Positions 54,787-64,000 of a stretch of 64,000 nt of DNA are shown here, one piece after another. The stretch's first letter is position 1. Each line of letters starts with the position of its first letter. The stretch is from Prevotella sp. (GTDB lineage Bacteria; Bacteroidota; Bacteroidia; Bacteroidales; Bacteroidaceae), in the NCBI GenBank assembly GCA_016285055.1, contig JAEEPZ010000010.1, forward strand, positions 909 through 64,908, given 5' to 3'. The notes below the pieces were generated by a model. That model was not told the origin of the DNA. It made no database searches and worked only from the letters and a program-made list of their open reading frames with translations. A program made the position numbers and the translations under genes.

Positions 54787-55617
54787 ATGAAGAGAATAGC
54801 TATACAGGGCGAGATAGGTTCGTTTCACGACATTGCCGCCCACCAGTTTTTTGAGGGTGAGCAGCTACAGCTCATCTGCTGCCAGACTTTTGAACAGGTG
54901 TACGAGGCTATCAGCCAAGACCCCACAGTGATAGGCATGGCTGCCATAGAGAACACCATTGCCGGTTCGTTGCTCCACAATTATGAGCTGCTGCGCGACA
55001 GCGGCACCACTGTCGTGGGCGAGCATAAGCTGCACATCACTCACTGCATTTGCTGCCTGCCTGACGATGACTGGGACAGCATCACCGAGGTGCACTCGCA
55101 TCCCGTGGCCCTGATGCAGACGCGCCACTATCTGGCCCGTCACCCGCAGTGGCGCGTGGTGGAGGCCGACGATACTGCCGGCGCAGCAAAGATGATAGCC
55201 GAGGGGCAGCACCGAGGATGGGCCGCCATCTGCCATGCCGAGGCAGCACGTCTCTATGGTCTCAAGGTGCTGGAAGACGGCATAGAGGACAACAAGCACA
55301 ACTTCACACGCTTCCTCGTCTGCTGCAAGCCGCAGAAGGCCGACTTGCTGCGCCCGCTCATCGAAACAAACAAGTCGAGCATCGTCTTCGCCCTACCCCA
55401 CGAGGAAGGCTCACTGTCGGCTGTCCTTGCCATCCTCTCGTTCTACAAAATCAACCTGACCAAGATTCAGTCGCTGCCCATCATCGGGCGTGAGTGGGAA
55501 TACCTCTTCTATGTCGATGTCACCTACAGCGACCTGACACGCTACCGCCAGGCCATCGATGCCATCATCCCCCTGACACGCGACCTGAAAATCCTTGGCG
55601 AGTACCGCGCCCGCTAA
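54787..55617 (+). CDS. pheA: Prephenate dehydratase with ACT domain
   Basis: AIQG..GSFH, IENTIAG, SHPVAL, NFTRF, NLTKIQS; likely ATG 54787. Confidence 0.93.
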   Translation: MKRIAIQGEIGSFHDIAAHQFFEGEQLQLICCQTFEQVYEAISQDPTVIGMAAIENTIAGSLLHNYELLRDSGTTVVGEHKLHITHCICCLPDDDWDSITEVHSHPVALMQTRHYLARHPQWRVVEADDTAGAAKMIAEGQHRGWAAICHAEAARLYGLKVLEDGIEDNKHNFTRFLVCCKPQKADLLRPLIETNKSSIVFALPHEEGSLSAVLAILSFYKINLTKIQSLPIIGREWEYLFYVDVTYSDLTRYRQAIDAIIPLTRDLKILGEYRAR

Positions 55618-55675
55618 TTCTCTCGCCAAAGCAGATGCTTCGTCCAACCAAGACTGAGCGTAGCAATCCGTAAGA

Positions 55676-57289
55676 TTACTGCGTTCCTCGTGGGTCTTCG
55701 ATGCTGCGCCAGTCGATGATGTTCCGCTCTGCAGAAGAGAAGGCGATGCCTACCTTGGTGACGGGGCGTCCGTCAAGGGCGTACTTATCAGCATAACCCT
55801 TTCGGTCTATCTGCTCGAGAGCTGCATCGGCAGTGTCATCGTATTTCAGCTCCATGATGTAGATGCCCTTCGGCATCCTGAGCGTGATGTCGCTGCGGCC
55901 TTTGGCGCTTGGCTCCTCAGCGCGCACATCGGCACCGAAAGCGGTGAGCAGGGTGTAGAGCAGGGCGTGGTAATAGTGTTCGTTGCGGTTGTCCTTCTCC
56001 CAGTGGTAAGGCACACTGGCGAAGAAAGCCTTCAAGGCTTCGATGAAGGCAGGCAGGTCGTCGTAGTCGCAGAAATCGTAGTAGGCATTGAGGAACACAT
56101 TGCGGCCATAGTCGTCGGGACGGGTGTCAGAGACCATCTGGTAAAGGCAGTCTGCAAAACCAGTGCGCACCTCATAGTTGGGGAAACCCAAGGTGAACAA
56201 CTTCCGGTTGGCTTGATAGTCTTTGACGGTGAGGTAGCCGCTCTGATAGAGAGCGGGCAGCGGGGCCTTGAAACTGTCGAAGGCGAGATCGAAGGCTGTG
56301 TCGGGGCATTTTATCCCGTCCAGATCGTTCAGTTCCAGCGGCGGCATCTGGCGCAGCATGTCGATGAGCGCACTCGGCGTGGCACTGTCGAACCAGTATT
56401 TCTCTATCTCTTTCGACTTTAAAGCCTTTACCAAACTGAAAGGGTTGTACATATCGGTCGTACCCCTGCCAAAGTGGTAGCCGTCGTACATGCGCTTCAG
56501 CTCGGCCATTGTCTCGTCGAAGGTCTCGCCCCGCGCGGCGGCCAGCTGCTCGATGTCGGGACACAGCTGCGTGGCCAGCTCCTCCTCGGTAATGCCGCAG
56601 ATGCACTCGTAGTTAATCTGCATGGAGATATTCTCCAGGTTGTTCAGCTTACTAAAGATACCCATCTGCGAGAACTTCGAGATGCCGGTGATGAAGACAA
56701 ACTGCAGGTGCACGTCCTCGCTCTTCAGCGGTGTGAAGAGATCTTGGAAGCGCTCACGCACGGTGGCCTGCTTCTGCGCGTCGCCTAAGCTGTGGAGCAT
56801 CATGTTGTCATACTCATCGCAGAGCACCACCACTTTCTTCCCCATCTTACGCTCGGCGGTATGGATGATGTTCACCATACGGGCACTCGTGCTGGCCTTC
56901 GAGGGCAATATGCCATATTGCTGCTCATAGCCTGTCAGGGCGATGTCGATATATTCGTCGAGTCTCTCAATCGTTGTGAGATTGTTCTTGCTGAAGTCGA
57001 AGCGCAGCACGGGGTACACATCCCACTTCCAGTCTGTCCGGGCGATGAACAGCTGCGGCTGCTCGATGCCGCCCTCGGTGGTGAACGCCTCAAACAGCTC
57101 GCGGCGACCTTCGAAGACGGCGGCCAGCGTGTCAACCAGCAGCGACTTGCCGAAGCGCCGAGGACGGCTGAGGAAATAGGGTTTGCCCTCGGTAATCATC
57201 TTGTAGATGAGCGGGGTCTTGTCTACATACACATATCCGTCCATGCGGATGCTTTCGAAACTCTGGATGCCTACGGGATATTTTCTCAT
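55676..57289 (-). CDS. AAA-family ATPase fused to C-terminal PD-(D/E)XK nuclease
   Basis: YPVGIQSF, YVDKT, RPRRFGKS Walker A, DEYD, GRSD...MELK, ALEQI..KGY; TATATTTG box at 57325-57332 (minus). Confidence 0.9.
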   Translation of the reverse strand: MRKYPVGIQSFESIRMDGYVYVDKTPLIYKMITEGKPYFLSRPRRFGKSLLVDTLAAVFEGRRELFEAFTTEGGIEQPQLFIARTDWKWDVYPVLRFDFSKNNLTTIERLDEYIDIALTGYEQQYGILPSKASTSARMVNIIHTAERKMGKKVVVLCDEYDNMMLHSLGDAQKQATVRERFQDLFTPLKSEDVHLQFVFITGISKFSQMGIFSKLNNLENISMQINYECICGITEEELATQLCPDIEQLAAARGETFDETMAELKRMYDGYHFGRGTTDMYNPFSLVKALKSKEIEKYWFDSATPSALIDMLRQMPPLELNDLDGIKCPDTAFDLAFDSFKAPLPALYQSGYLTVKDYQANRKLFTLGFPNYEVRTGFADCLYQMVSDTRPDDYGRNVFLNAYYDFCDYDDLPAFIEALKAFFASVPYHWEKDNRNEHYYHALLYTLLTAFGADVRAEEPSAKGRSDITLRMPKGIYIMELKYDDTADAALEQIDRKGYADKYALDGRPVTKVGIAFSSAERNIIDWRSIEDPRGTQ

Positions 57290-57621
57290 ACAGCCAAAAT
57301 GTTGCTAAAGCGACTAATACGGCACAAATATACATAATATTTTTGAAATTACAAGCCAGTTGAGATAAAAATGTGAACAAATTGCACCGAAAAGTTAGAA
57401 ATCAAGGCTCACATAAGCTTTGTTCCTATTGTTTTGCGTGCTCTAAGTCACATTTATTGGAATGGAATAACTTGTAAACAAGTAAATAATTGGCAGCAAG
57501 GTTGAGGATTATTGTTTTTCTTTTTGGGTTTCAGATTTTTTTTCATACCTTTGCACTTGCAAAAAGAGTCGTCATTGACTCAATGAGATACAGAAACATT
57601 TTAATTCATTCATAATAAGAC

Positions 57622-58497
57622 ATGATACAGTCAATGACAGGCTATGGCAAAGCCGTCGTAGCCTTTAACAAAAAGAAGATTCACGCAGAAGTGAAGTCGC
57701 TCAACTCCAAGCAGCTGGACTTGCAGACACGCATCACGCCACTCTATCGCGAGAAGGAGATGGAGATTCGCCAGCTGATAGCTCAACAGCTGGAGCGCGG
57801 CAAAGTGGACTTTGCCCTGTGGGTAGAGCAGGACACCGGCGTGGAGGCCACCCCCATCAACGGAGCCCTGATGTATGACTACTACCAGCAGCTGCTGGGC
57901 ATCGCACGGCAGACGGGCATCCCTGAGCCTCAAGACTGGATGTACACCCTGACCCGTATGCCCGACGTGCTGACACGCACTGACATGGAGCAGCTCAGTG
58001 ACGAGGAATGGCAGGCAGCACGCCAAGCCGTGGAACAGGCCGTCGAGGCACTGGTCAACTTCCGTCGTCAGGAGGGGGCCGCACTGGAGAAGAAATTTGA
58101 GGAGAAGATTGACAACATTGAGCGGCTCATGGCAGAGATAGAACCCTACGAGAAGAGCCGCGTGGAGAAGATTCGCCAGCGCATCACTGACGGGCTGCAG
58201 CAGATTCCCGGTGTGGAGTATGACAAGAACCGCCTGGAGCAGGAACTCATCTACTACATCGAGAAACTGGACATCAGCGAGGAGAAACAGCGTCTGACCA
58301 ACCACTTAGCCTATTTCCGCGAGACGATGAAAAACGGCCATGGACAGGGCAAGAAGCTGGGATTCATCGCACAGGAGATGGGCCGCGAAATCAACACCAC
58401 CGGTTCGAAATCGAACCAGGCCGAGATGCAGAACATCGTGGTGCAGATGAAGGACGAGCTGGAGCAAATCAAGGAGCAGGTGCTGAACGCGCTGTAA
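57622..58497 (+). CDS. yicC: YicC/YloC family endoribonuclease
   Basis: SMTGYG, KSLNSK, DISEE..RL..H, QEMGREINT.GSK; TACCTTTG at 57546. Confidence 0.93.
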   Translation: MIQSMTGYGKAVVAFNKKKIHAEVKSLNSKQLDLQTRITPLYREKEMEIRQLIAQQLERGKVDFALWVEQDTGVEATPINGALMYDYYQQLLGIARQTGIPEPQDWMYTLTRMPDVLTRTDMEQLSDEEWQAARQAVEQAVEALVNFRRQEGAALEKKFEEKIDNIERLMAEIEPYEKSRVEKIRQRITDGLQQIPGVEYDKNRLEQELIYYIEKLDISEEKQRLTNHLAYFRETMKNGHGQGKKLGFIAQEMGREINTTGSKSNQAEMQNIVVQMKDELEQIKEQVLNAL

Positions 58498-58584
58498 GAA
58501 GGAACCGCTACAAGTTTCTTTCTAATTCAACTCTCGGGACTAAAATGGAAGTAGAAAAAACATAATCTTCAAAAACAACTTGAT

Positions 58585-59172
58585 ATGATGAACAAAGGGA
58601 AATTAGTGATAGTGAGTGCACCGAGTGGCTCGGGCAAGTCTACCATCGTGAACTGGCTGATGCAGGAGCACCCTGAGCTGAAACTCTATTTCTCCATCAG
58701 CTGCACCAGCCGGGCACCTCGCGGGAACGAGCAGAACGGCGTGGAGTATTTCTTCCTCACACCTGAAGAGTTCAGGGAGAAGATTGATAACGACGAGTTC
58801 CTGGAGTATGAGGAGGTGTACGAGAACCGTTTCTACGGCACGCTGAAGGCACAGGTGGAGCGGCAGATAGATTCAGGCCAGAACGTGGTATTCGATGTCG
58901 ACGTGAAAGGCGGCATCAACATCAAGCGCTTCTATGGCGAGCAGGCCATGAGCCTCTTCATTCAGCCGCCGTCGGTGGAGGAGCTGCGCCGACGCCTTGA
59001 GGGACGCGGCACCGACACGCCAGAAGCCATCGAGAGCCGTCTGGCAAAGGCTGAGTATGAGATGACCTTCGCTCCACAGTTCGACCATATCGTGGTGAAC
59101 GACGACCTGGAGACAGCGAAGCAAGAGGCCTACCTTCTGCTGAAGGAGTTTGTTAAAGGAGATGAGGAGTAA
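58585..59172 (+). CDS. gmk: Guanylate kinase
   Basis: SAPSGSGKST, SCTSRAPR..E..GVEY, YGT, IQPPS. Confidence 0.96.
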   Translation: MMNKGKLVIVSAPSGSGKSTIVNWLMQEHPELKLYFSISCTSRAPRGNEQNGVEYFFLTPEEFREKIDNDEFLEYEEVYENRFYGTLKAQVERQIDSGQNVVFDVDVKGGINIKRFYGEQAMSLFIQPPSVEELRRRLEGRGTDTPEAIESRLAKAEYEMTFAPQFDHIVVNDDLETAKQEAYLLLKEFVKGDEE

Positions 59173-59350
59173 GGAGATGAGGAGTAAGGAGTAAAGGAGT
59201 AAGGAGTAAGGAATAAGGAGGTAAAGGAGTAAGGAGTAAAGGAGTAAGGAGTAAGGAGGTAAAGGAGTAAGGAGTAAGGAGGTAAAGGAGTAAGGAGTAA
59301 AGGAGTAAGGAGTAAGGAGGTAAAGGAGTAAGGAGTAAAGGAGTAAGGAG
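59155..59350. repeat. ~26-unit 7/8-bp satellite (aaggagt/aaaggagt/aaggaggt) with 38-bp higher-order unit
   Basis: Parsed directly; overlaps the gmk stop codon. Confidence 0.95.
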
Positions 59351-59365
59351 CGCAAAAGAGTCATT

Positions 59366-59965
59366 ATGAAGATAGGAATCTTTGGCGGGTCGTTCAACCC
59401 CATTCACATAGGCCATGTAACATTAGCAAAGACGCTTCGCGAGAAAGCTGCACTCGATGAGGTGTGGCTGATGGTGTCGCCTCTGAACCCTCTGAAGCAG
59501 GGCAACACCGACCTGCTGAGCGACCAGCTGCGCTATCAGCTGGCACGCATCGCCCTGCACGGTGAGCCAGGCATCAAGGCTTGCAACTACGAGCTGCACC
59601 TGCCAAAGCCCTCCTACACATGGAACACGCTGCAGCACCTGCGTCAAGACTTTCCCGACCACACATTTATATTATTAATAGGCGGCGACAACTGGCAGAA
59701 CTTCCACCGCTGGTACAGAGCCGCCGACATCATGCGCGAACATGAGATAGTGGTCTATCCACGACGGGGCTCCGGCATGGAAGACACACATCATAACGCT
59801 GGGGAAGGCCTTGACAGGCAAGGTGCATGCGGCAACATCAGGATAGTAGACACAGCACTCATAGATGTCTCAAGCACAGACATCCGCTTGCGTGTCCAGC
59901 GGGGAGAACCCATCACGCACCTTGTGCCGGCGCCAATAGAGAAACTGGTGCGCCGACTGTACTGA
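59366..59965 (+). CDS. nadD: Nicotinate-nucleotide adenylyltransferase
   Basis: GGSFNPIHIGH, PSYT, IGGDN, VSSTDIR. Confidence 0.95.
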   Translation: MKIGIFGGSFNPIHIGHVTLAKTLREKAALDEVWLMVSPLNPLKQGNTDLLSDQLRYQLARIALHGEPGIKACNYELHLPKPSYTWNTLQHLRQDFPDHTFILLIGGDNWQNFHRWYRAADIMREHEIVVYPRRGSGMEDTHHNAGEGLDRQGACGNIRIVDTALIDVSSTDIRLRVQRGEPITHLVPAPIEKLVRRLY

Positions 59966-59983
59966 GAGAAGTCTACCACCCGC

Positions 59984-61489
59984 TCAGAACTGGAAATAGA
60001 TAAAAGGCTGTATCTCGCTGCTCTTCACCTGAATGACGATGAAGATGACGATGGCCACCAGCAAGGCAGCGACAACAACGCCGCCACGACGCACCAGGCC
60101 GATGCAGCCCTCGTTCCAACGGTCGGGGATGAAGTGGCTCAGATAGCCAAAGGCTGTCATAGCAAACACAGCCCAGTAGCCCTCAACGACCTGCATAAAT
60201 ACTTCGGGATGGAACTCGGTGAAAATCTTTGTTATCATCGTCCATGAATCGCCGAAGGTGTGGTTACGGAAGAATATCCAGCAGAAAACGACGAAATGAA
60301 ACGTCAGCAGTACGGCCAGCACTCGACGCACGCCGTGGCTCTGATAACGCTTGTCGTGATGGAAGACGTTCTCACGCAGCCACTTGTGAATGGCCAATGC
60401 CACGCCGTGCATGCCGCCCCACGCCACGAAGTTCAGGCTGGCGCCATGCCACAGTCCACCAAGTAACATCGTAATGATGAGGTTGATGTATTGTCGCACC
60501 TTACCCTTACGATTGCCCCCAAGTGAGATGTAGATGTAGTCGCGAATCCACGAAGACAGCGAGATGTGCCAGCGCCGCCAGAAGTCGGTGATGCTCTGTG
60601 AGGTGTAGGGTGCGTTGAAGTTCATGGGGAAGCGGAATCCCAAGAGCAAGGCGATGCCGATGGCCATGTCTGAGTAGCCCGAGAAGTCGCAGTAAATCTG
60701 CATGGCATAGCCGTAAGCACCCAGCAGATTCTCCACACCAGTATAGAGTGATGGATTGTCAAAGATACGGTCTACGAAGTTCAGGGAGATATAGTCGCTG
60801 ATGACAGCTTTCTTAAACAGTCCGATGGCAATGAAGAAGACACCACGGGCAAACATGTCGTTGGTCACCTCTAAAGGCTTGCGTATCTGCGGTGCAAAGT
60901 CGCGTGCACGGACGATAGGGCCTGCCACGAGCTGCGGGAAGAACGAGACGTAGAAGGCATAGTCGAGCAGCGAGGGCAGCGGCTTGAGGTCGCCACGGTA
61001 GACATCAATGACATAGCTCATGGACTGGAAGGTGAAGAAAGAGATGCCCACAGGCAGGAAGATGTCCCACGGCTGAAAGTTGCTGCCCACCATCTGTGCC
61101 CACATGCCGGCAAAGAAGTTGGTGTATTTGAAGTAAGCCAACAGCCCGAGGTCGATGAGCAGCGACAGGAATACCAGCCACTTGCCTCGACGATGGACAG
61201 TCTTTCCGTCTTCAGCTGAGCAGTCTTCTGAGTTGCAGTCGGCTATTCTTCGGGCAATGAAAAAATCGCTCAGCGTCACCACGGCCAGCAGGAAGAAATA
61301 GAACCCGCTGGACTTGTAGTAGAAGTAGTAGCTGAAGGCGGTGACGAAGAGCAGGCGCAGCGTCCGCGTGTGCTGCATCAGCATGTAGCAGAACGTGAAG
61401 CCCAGGAAAAGTATCAGGAAGAGGCCCGATGAGAAAATCATCGGTTCCTCGGGGTTATAGGTCAATTGTTCAAGTATTCTGTCAATCAT
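59984..61489 (-). CDS. MBOAT O-acyltransferase (AlgI/PatA/DltB-like)
   Basis: YFKY, LPVGISFFTFQ, FFPQLVAGPI, DFSGYSD, FWRRWHISLS, GLWHGA. Confidence 0.93.
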   Translation of the reverse strand: MIDRILEQLTYNPEEPMIFSSGLFLILFLGFTFCYMLMQHTRTLRLLFVTAFSYYFYYKSSGFYFFLLAVVTLSDFFIARRIADCNSEDCSAEDGKTVHRRGKWLVFLSLLIDLGLLAYFKYTNFFAGMWAQMVGSNFQPWDIFLPVGISFFTFQSMSYVIDVYRGDLKPLPSLLDYAFYVSFFPQLVAGPIVRARDFAPQIRKPLEVTNDMFARGVFFIAIGLFKKAVISDYISLNFVDRIFDNPSLYTGVENLLGAYGYAMQIYCDFSGYSDMAIGIALLLGFRFPMNFNAPYTSQSITDFWRRWHISLSSWIRDYIYISLGGNRKGKVRQYINLIITMLLGGLWHGASLNFVAWGGMHGVALAIHKWLRENVFHHDKRYQSHGVRRVLAVLLTFHFVVFCWIFFRNHTFGDSWTMITKIFTEFHPEVFMQVVEGYWAVFAMTAFGYLSHFIPDRWNEGCIGLVRRGGVVVAALLVAIVIFIVIQVKSSEIQPFIYFQF

Positions 61490-61500
61490 TTCATTCTATC

Positions 61501-61631
61501 TCTCAATTTTCAATTCTCATATCTCGTATTCCCGCTCGCAAGGCGAGAACTCTCAACTCTCAACTCTTAACTCTCAACTCTTAACTCTCAACTCTCAACT
61601 CTCAACTCTTAACTCTCAACTCTCAACTCTC
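61501..61631. repeat. Heptamer satellite aactct(c/t) x12 next to hairpin ctcgc-aag-gcgag and degenerate heptamers
   Basis: Units 61548-61631 counted; abuts the SGNH gene stop. Confidence 0.9.
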
Positions 61632-63132
61632 AAAAGCCATAGCTGTGGTAGCCCGCCATGATGGCATCGAAGAGGAATCGCGCCAGATGGCGTCCTCCCT
61701 TGAAGTTGATGTGTGTATAGTCCTTGTTGGCAAAGCCCTGTTCCACCAGCCCCTTCATGCTGTCGCGTCCTCCCATGGCCTCGAAGAGGTTGAAGAAACT
61801 GACGGCGTGGTCGGAGGCCATGATCTGCTGATAGGCCACCAGCGCCTCTACGCCCTTCATGGTGTGCAGTCCGTTGCTGGCGCGCTGGTCACGGTCGGGC
61901 ATGCCTACTACCAGGAAGCTGGTCTGCGGATAGGCCTGGCGCAGATGGTCGATGGCTTGGCCCATGTTGCGGGTGTAGCCAGAATAGTTGCTCTGATTGC
62001 TGTTGGCCACGTTCAAGCCGAAGTGTATGACTATGAGGTCGTAGGGACGCAGGGCAGCAAACTGCGCCAGCGTGGCTTCGGGTATCTGTGAAAGGGTATA
62101 TCCTGCCGAGCCACGCATACTGAAGTTATCGACGATGACACCGTTGACGGGCTCCAATGCCACGCCATAGAACAGTGTACCGCTGCCTATGCCACGCAGG
62201 GTGTAACTGACAGAGGTCATGGGAACGCTGTCGCGGCACTCTATGGCCTGCAAGCGTGGTGCTCCGACGATGGTGTCAACAACCGTGCTGTCGCTGTTCA
62301 TGGTGGTGGTCAGCTTTAGGCCTCCATCGCTGCGCAGGTAGAAGATGGCCTTTGTCCACTGATTCTGATGGCGACGTGCACGGCCTCCCTTGTAGGTGAT
62401 ACGGGCTCCCTCCGACGCAGTGAAGTAGCGCTGGGCGATGCCTTGGTTGGCATTGCTGAACGGGCGTTTCACTATTTCATACTCAGTGATGCCGCTGAAC
62501 GAGTGGCTGACGCTCTGTCGGAAGCCATGCACCTGACTGGCGCAGTCCACCCACCCTACTCCACTGCCGCCAAACTGGTCTTGCAGCAGTTCGCGCAGGT
62601 CTTGGGTGAAGATGTCGCCTTCTATGAACGAGTCGCCGTAGTAGGCAATGCGCACTGGCCGTCCCATCTGTCGTGCACGTGCCAGCTGCTGATAGAAGTA
62701 GTACATACCGCCGGGCTGGCCTTGCGAGTAGTCGAGGATGGGCGTCACGCCCTCGGGGTGGTCAGCCACGGGAGCCACTGTCGTGACGCTGTCGTTGGTT
62801 GGCGTATAGGCAACGGCAGCCCCCATGCCCGTTGTGTCGGTAGGCTGCAGGTGCACGCCGTCGTCGGCCACAGGTTTCTTGCTCACTGTCTGCTGTGAGT
62901 CGGCCGGTGCCGCAGGTGTAGCGACGGCCACGATAGGCTTGGGCGGCTCAGGCACATCGGGAATGAAGCCCAGGTCGTCGGTACCGCCCAGCTGCTCGGG
63001 CAGGATGTCGCTGAGCACGTTGACACGGCGCAGCTCTGTCTCGCCAATCGACATTTTGGGCAGGAAATGCAAGGCCAACAGAATGGCCACCACTAAAGCA
63101 ACAAAGATAAAAGAACGTGCTATCTGATTCAT
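61630..63132 (-). CDS. Membrane-anchored SGNH/GDSL protein (PatB-like O-acetyltransferase candidate)
   Basis: N-terminal TM helix, YGDSF, FGLN, DYTH blocks; adjacent to MBOAT. Confidence 0.85.
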   Translation of the reverse strand: MNQIARSFIFVALVVAILLALHFLPKMSIGETELRRVNVLSDILPEQLGGTDDLGFIPDVPEPPKPIVAVATPAAPADSQQTVSKKPVADDGVHLQPTDTTGMGAAVAYTPTNDSVTTVAPVADHPEGVTPILDYSQGQPGGMYYFYQQLARARQMGRPVRIAYYGDSFIEGDIFTQDLRELLQDQFGGSGVGWVDCASQVHGFRQSVSHSFSGITEYEIVKRPFSNANQGIAQRYFTASEGARITYKGGRARRHQNQWTKAIFYLRSDGGLKLTTTMNSDSTVVDTIVGAPRLQAIECRDSVPMTSVSYTLRGIGSGTLFYGVALEPVNGVIVDNFSMRGSAGYTLSQIPEATLAQFAALRPYDLIVIHFGLNVANSNQSNYSGYTRNMGQAIDHLRQAYPQTSFLVVGMPDRDQRASNGLHTMKGVEALVAYQQIMASDHAVSFFNLFEAMGGRDSMKGLVEQGFANKDYTHINFKGGRHLARFLFDAIMAGYHSYGF

Positions 63133-63746
63133 AATCCATTGTCGAGGGCCTTTGTTCCCTTTTCTGTACAGATGCCGCGCAAGGATGTGAACACCAAGCT
63201 TTTGAAGATTTCCTCCAAATCATACTGGCGGTACAACTCTCGCGACATGATATAGTGTCCGATGGCATCAAACATCAGCGGCACGATGTCATAGTCCAGG
63301 TCACCACGGAAATAGCCTTCATGGATGCCGCGCTGCAGGAAGTCGGCAAACTGCTGGCGGCTGGCTTCCTTCATCTCTTCCAAGGCCTTGAGCACAAGTG
63401 GATACTTCTTCAGGTCGTCATAAAACAGCGGCGAGATGCCACGCAGTTCATCCAACCGCTGACGATAGGACTCCATGACTATCTCTATCACGCTCTTCCC
63501 CTCATGCAGAAGTTGCATGATGTGCTGCTCTCGGATGCTATGATAATGTATAATCCCTTCATGGAGCACAGCCTCCTTGGTCTCATAGAGTTCATAGAGG
63601 GTGCGCTTCGATATCCCCAACCGACGGGCTATATCATCCATCTTCACCGCACGTATTCCATGTGCGGCAAAAGCTTTCATCGCTGTCTCGACGATACGCT
63701 CGTGCAGTTGCTGTTTGTGGGATGTAAGGATGGTGTTCTCTGACAT
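63129..63746 (-). CDS. TetR/AcrR family regulator
   Basis: GIRAVKMDDIARRLGISKRTLYELY..KE HTH. Confidence 0.93.
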   Translation of the reverse strand: MSENTILTSHKQQLHERIVETAMKAFAAHGIRAVKMDDIARRLGISKRTLYELYETKEAVLHEGIIHYHSIREQHIMQLLHEGKSVIEIVMESYRQRLDELRGISPLFYDDLKKYPLVLKALEEMKEASRQQFADFLQRGIHEGYFRGDLDYDIVPLMFDAIGHYIMSRELYRQYDLEEIFKSLVFTSLRGICTEKGTKALDNGL

Positions 63747-63761
63747 TTTTCTTCTATTAAC

Positions 63762-64000
63762 TCACCTTTCGGAAGTAAAATCTCCCACAGACGTCAGCTT
63801 TTCGGCTATGATGTCGGCCAGGCGCTGGGCTCCCTTGCCGTCGGGGTGGATGCCGTCGCTGAGCATCTTGTCTGCGTCACCGGCAAAGAGGGTGTGGAGA
63901 TCGATGACTTGCAGGCCATACTCCTTGGCCACTTCCTGTTGGATGGGGATGATACCATTGACAATGACAGAGTCGTTGATGTCCCACGTCGATTTGACGG
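63762..64000 (-). CDS. SGNH/GDSL esterase C-terminal fragment (truncated by window)
   Basis: Minus frame reads ...VIDLHTLF...SDGIHPDGKGAQRLA...*; DxxH catalytic block. Confidence 0.8.
   Translation of the reverse strand, partial: VKSTWDINDSVIVNGIIPIQQEVAKEYGLQVIDLHTLFAGDADKMLSDGIHPDGKGAQRLADIIAEKLTSVGDFTSER

Noticed and set aside
58873-59416. Minus-strand ORFs with LLTPYSL repeats
   Set aside because: Artefacts of the aaggagt satellite overlapping gmk and nadD

Overview
The window is Bacteroidota DNA, most consistent with a Prevotellaceae-type genome. This rests on TAnnTTTG -7 promoter boxes, rseC-rnfBCDGEA gene order, a hybrid two-component system and T9SS-like C-terminal tails. Left to right it holds: the 3' end of an ECF sigma factor; lutABC and an aldehyde dehydrogenase separated by an Rpn-family nuclease gene; and a ~21 kb HTCS-centred glycan cluster with no susC/susD. 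That cluster contains GH30, GH43, two paralogous internally duplicated proteins of unknown function, an anSME, and a 2145-aa GH43/DUF5005-like/metallophosphatase/GH115-like fusion. Next come a rearranged arabinose operon with xylE, housekeeping genes (fur, purA, hisS, recJ, rnf, ClC, queF, pth, rplY, pheA, yicC, gmk, nadD), an AAA-ATPase/PD-(D/E)XK gene and an MBOAT/SGNH cluster. No rRNA, tRNA, CRISPR array or intact IS was recognised. The most unusual signals are non-coding. Five dispersed arrays of 17-bp palindromes with an exact 22-bp period have arms that differ between loci but stay complementary. A 31-bp motif sits at identical spacing in both promoters flanking the HTCS. Many 7/8/9-bp satellites and hairpin elements occur, several inserted in frame into genes. 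All functional calls come from reading motifs by eye; no database search was run.
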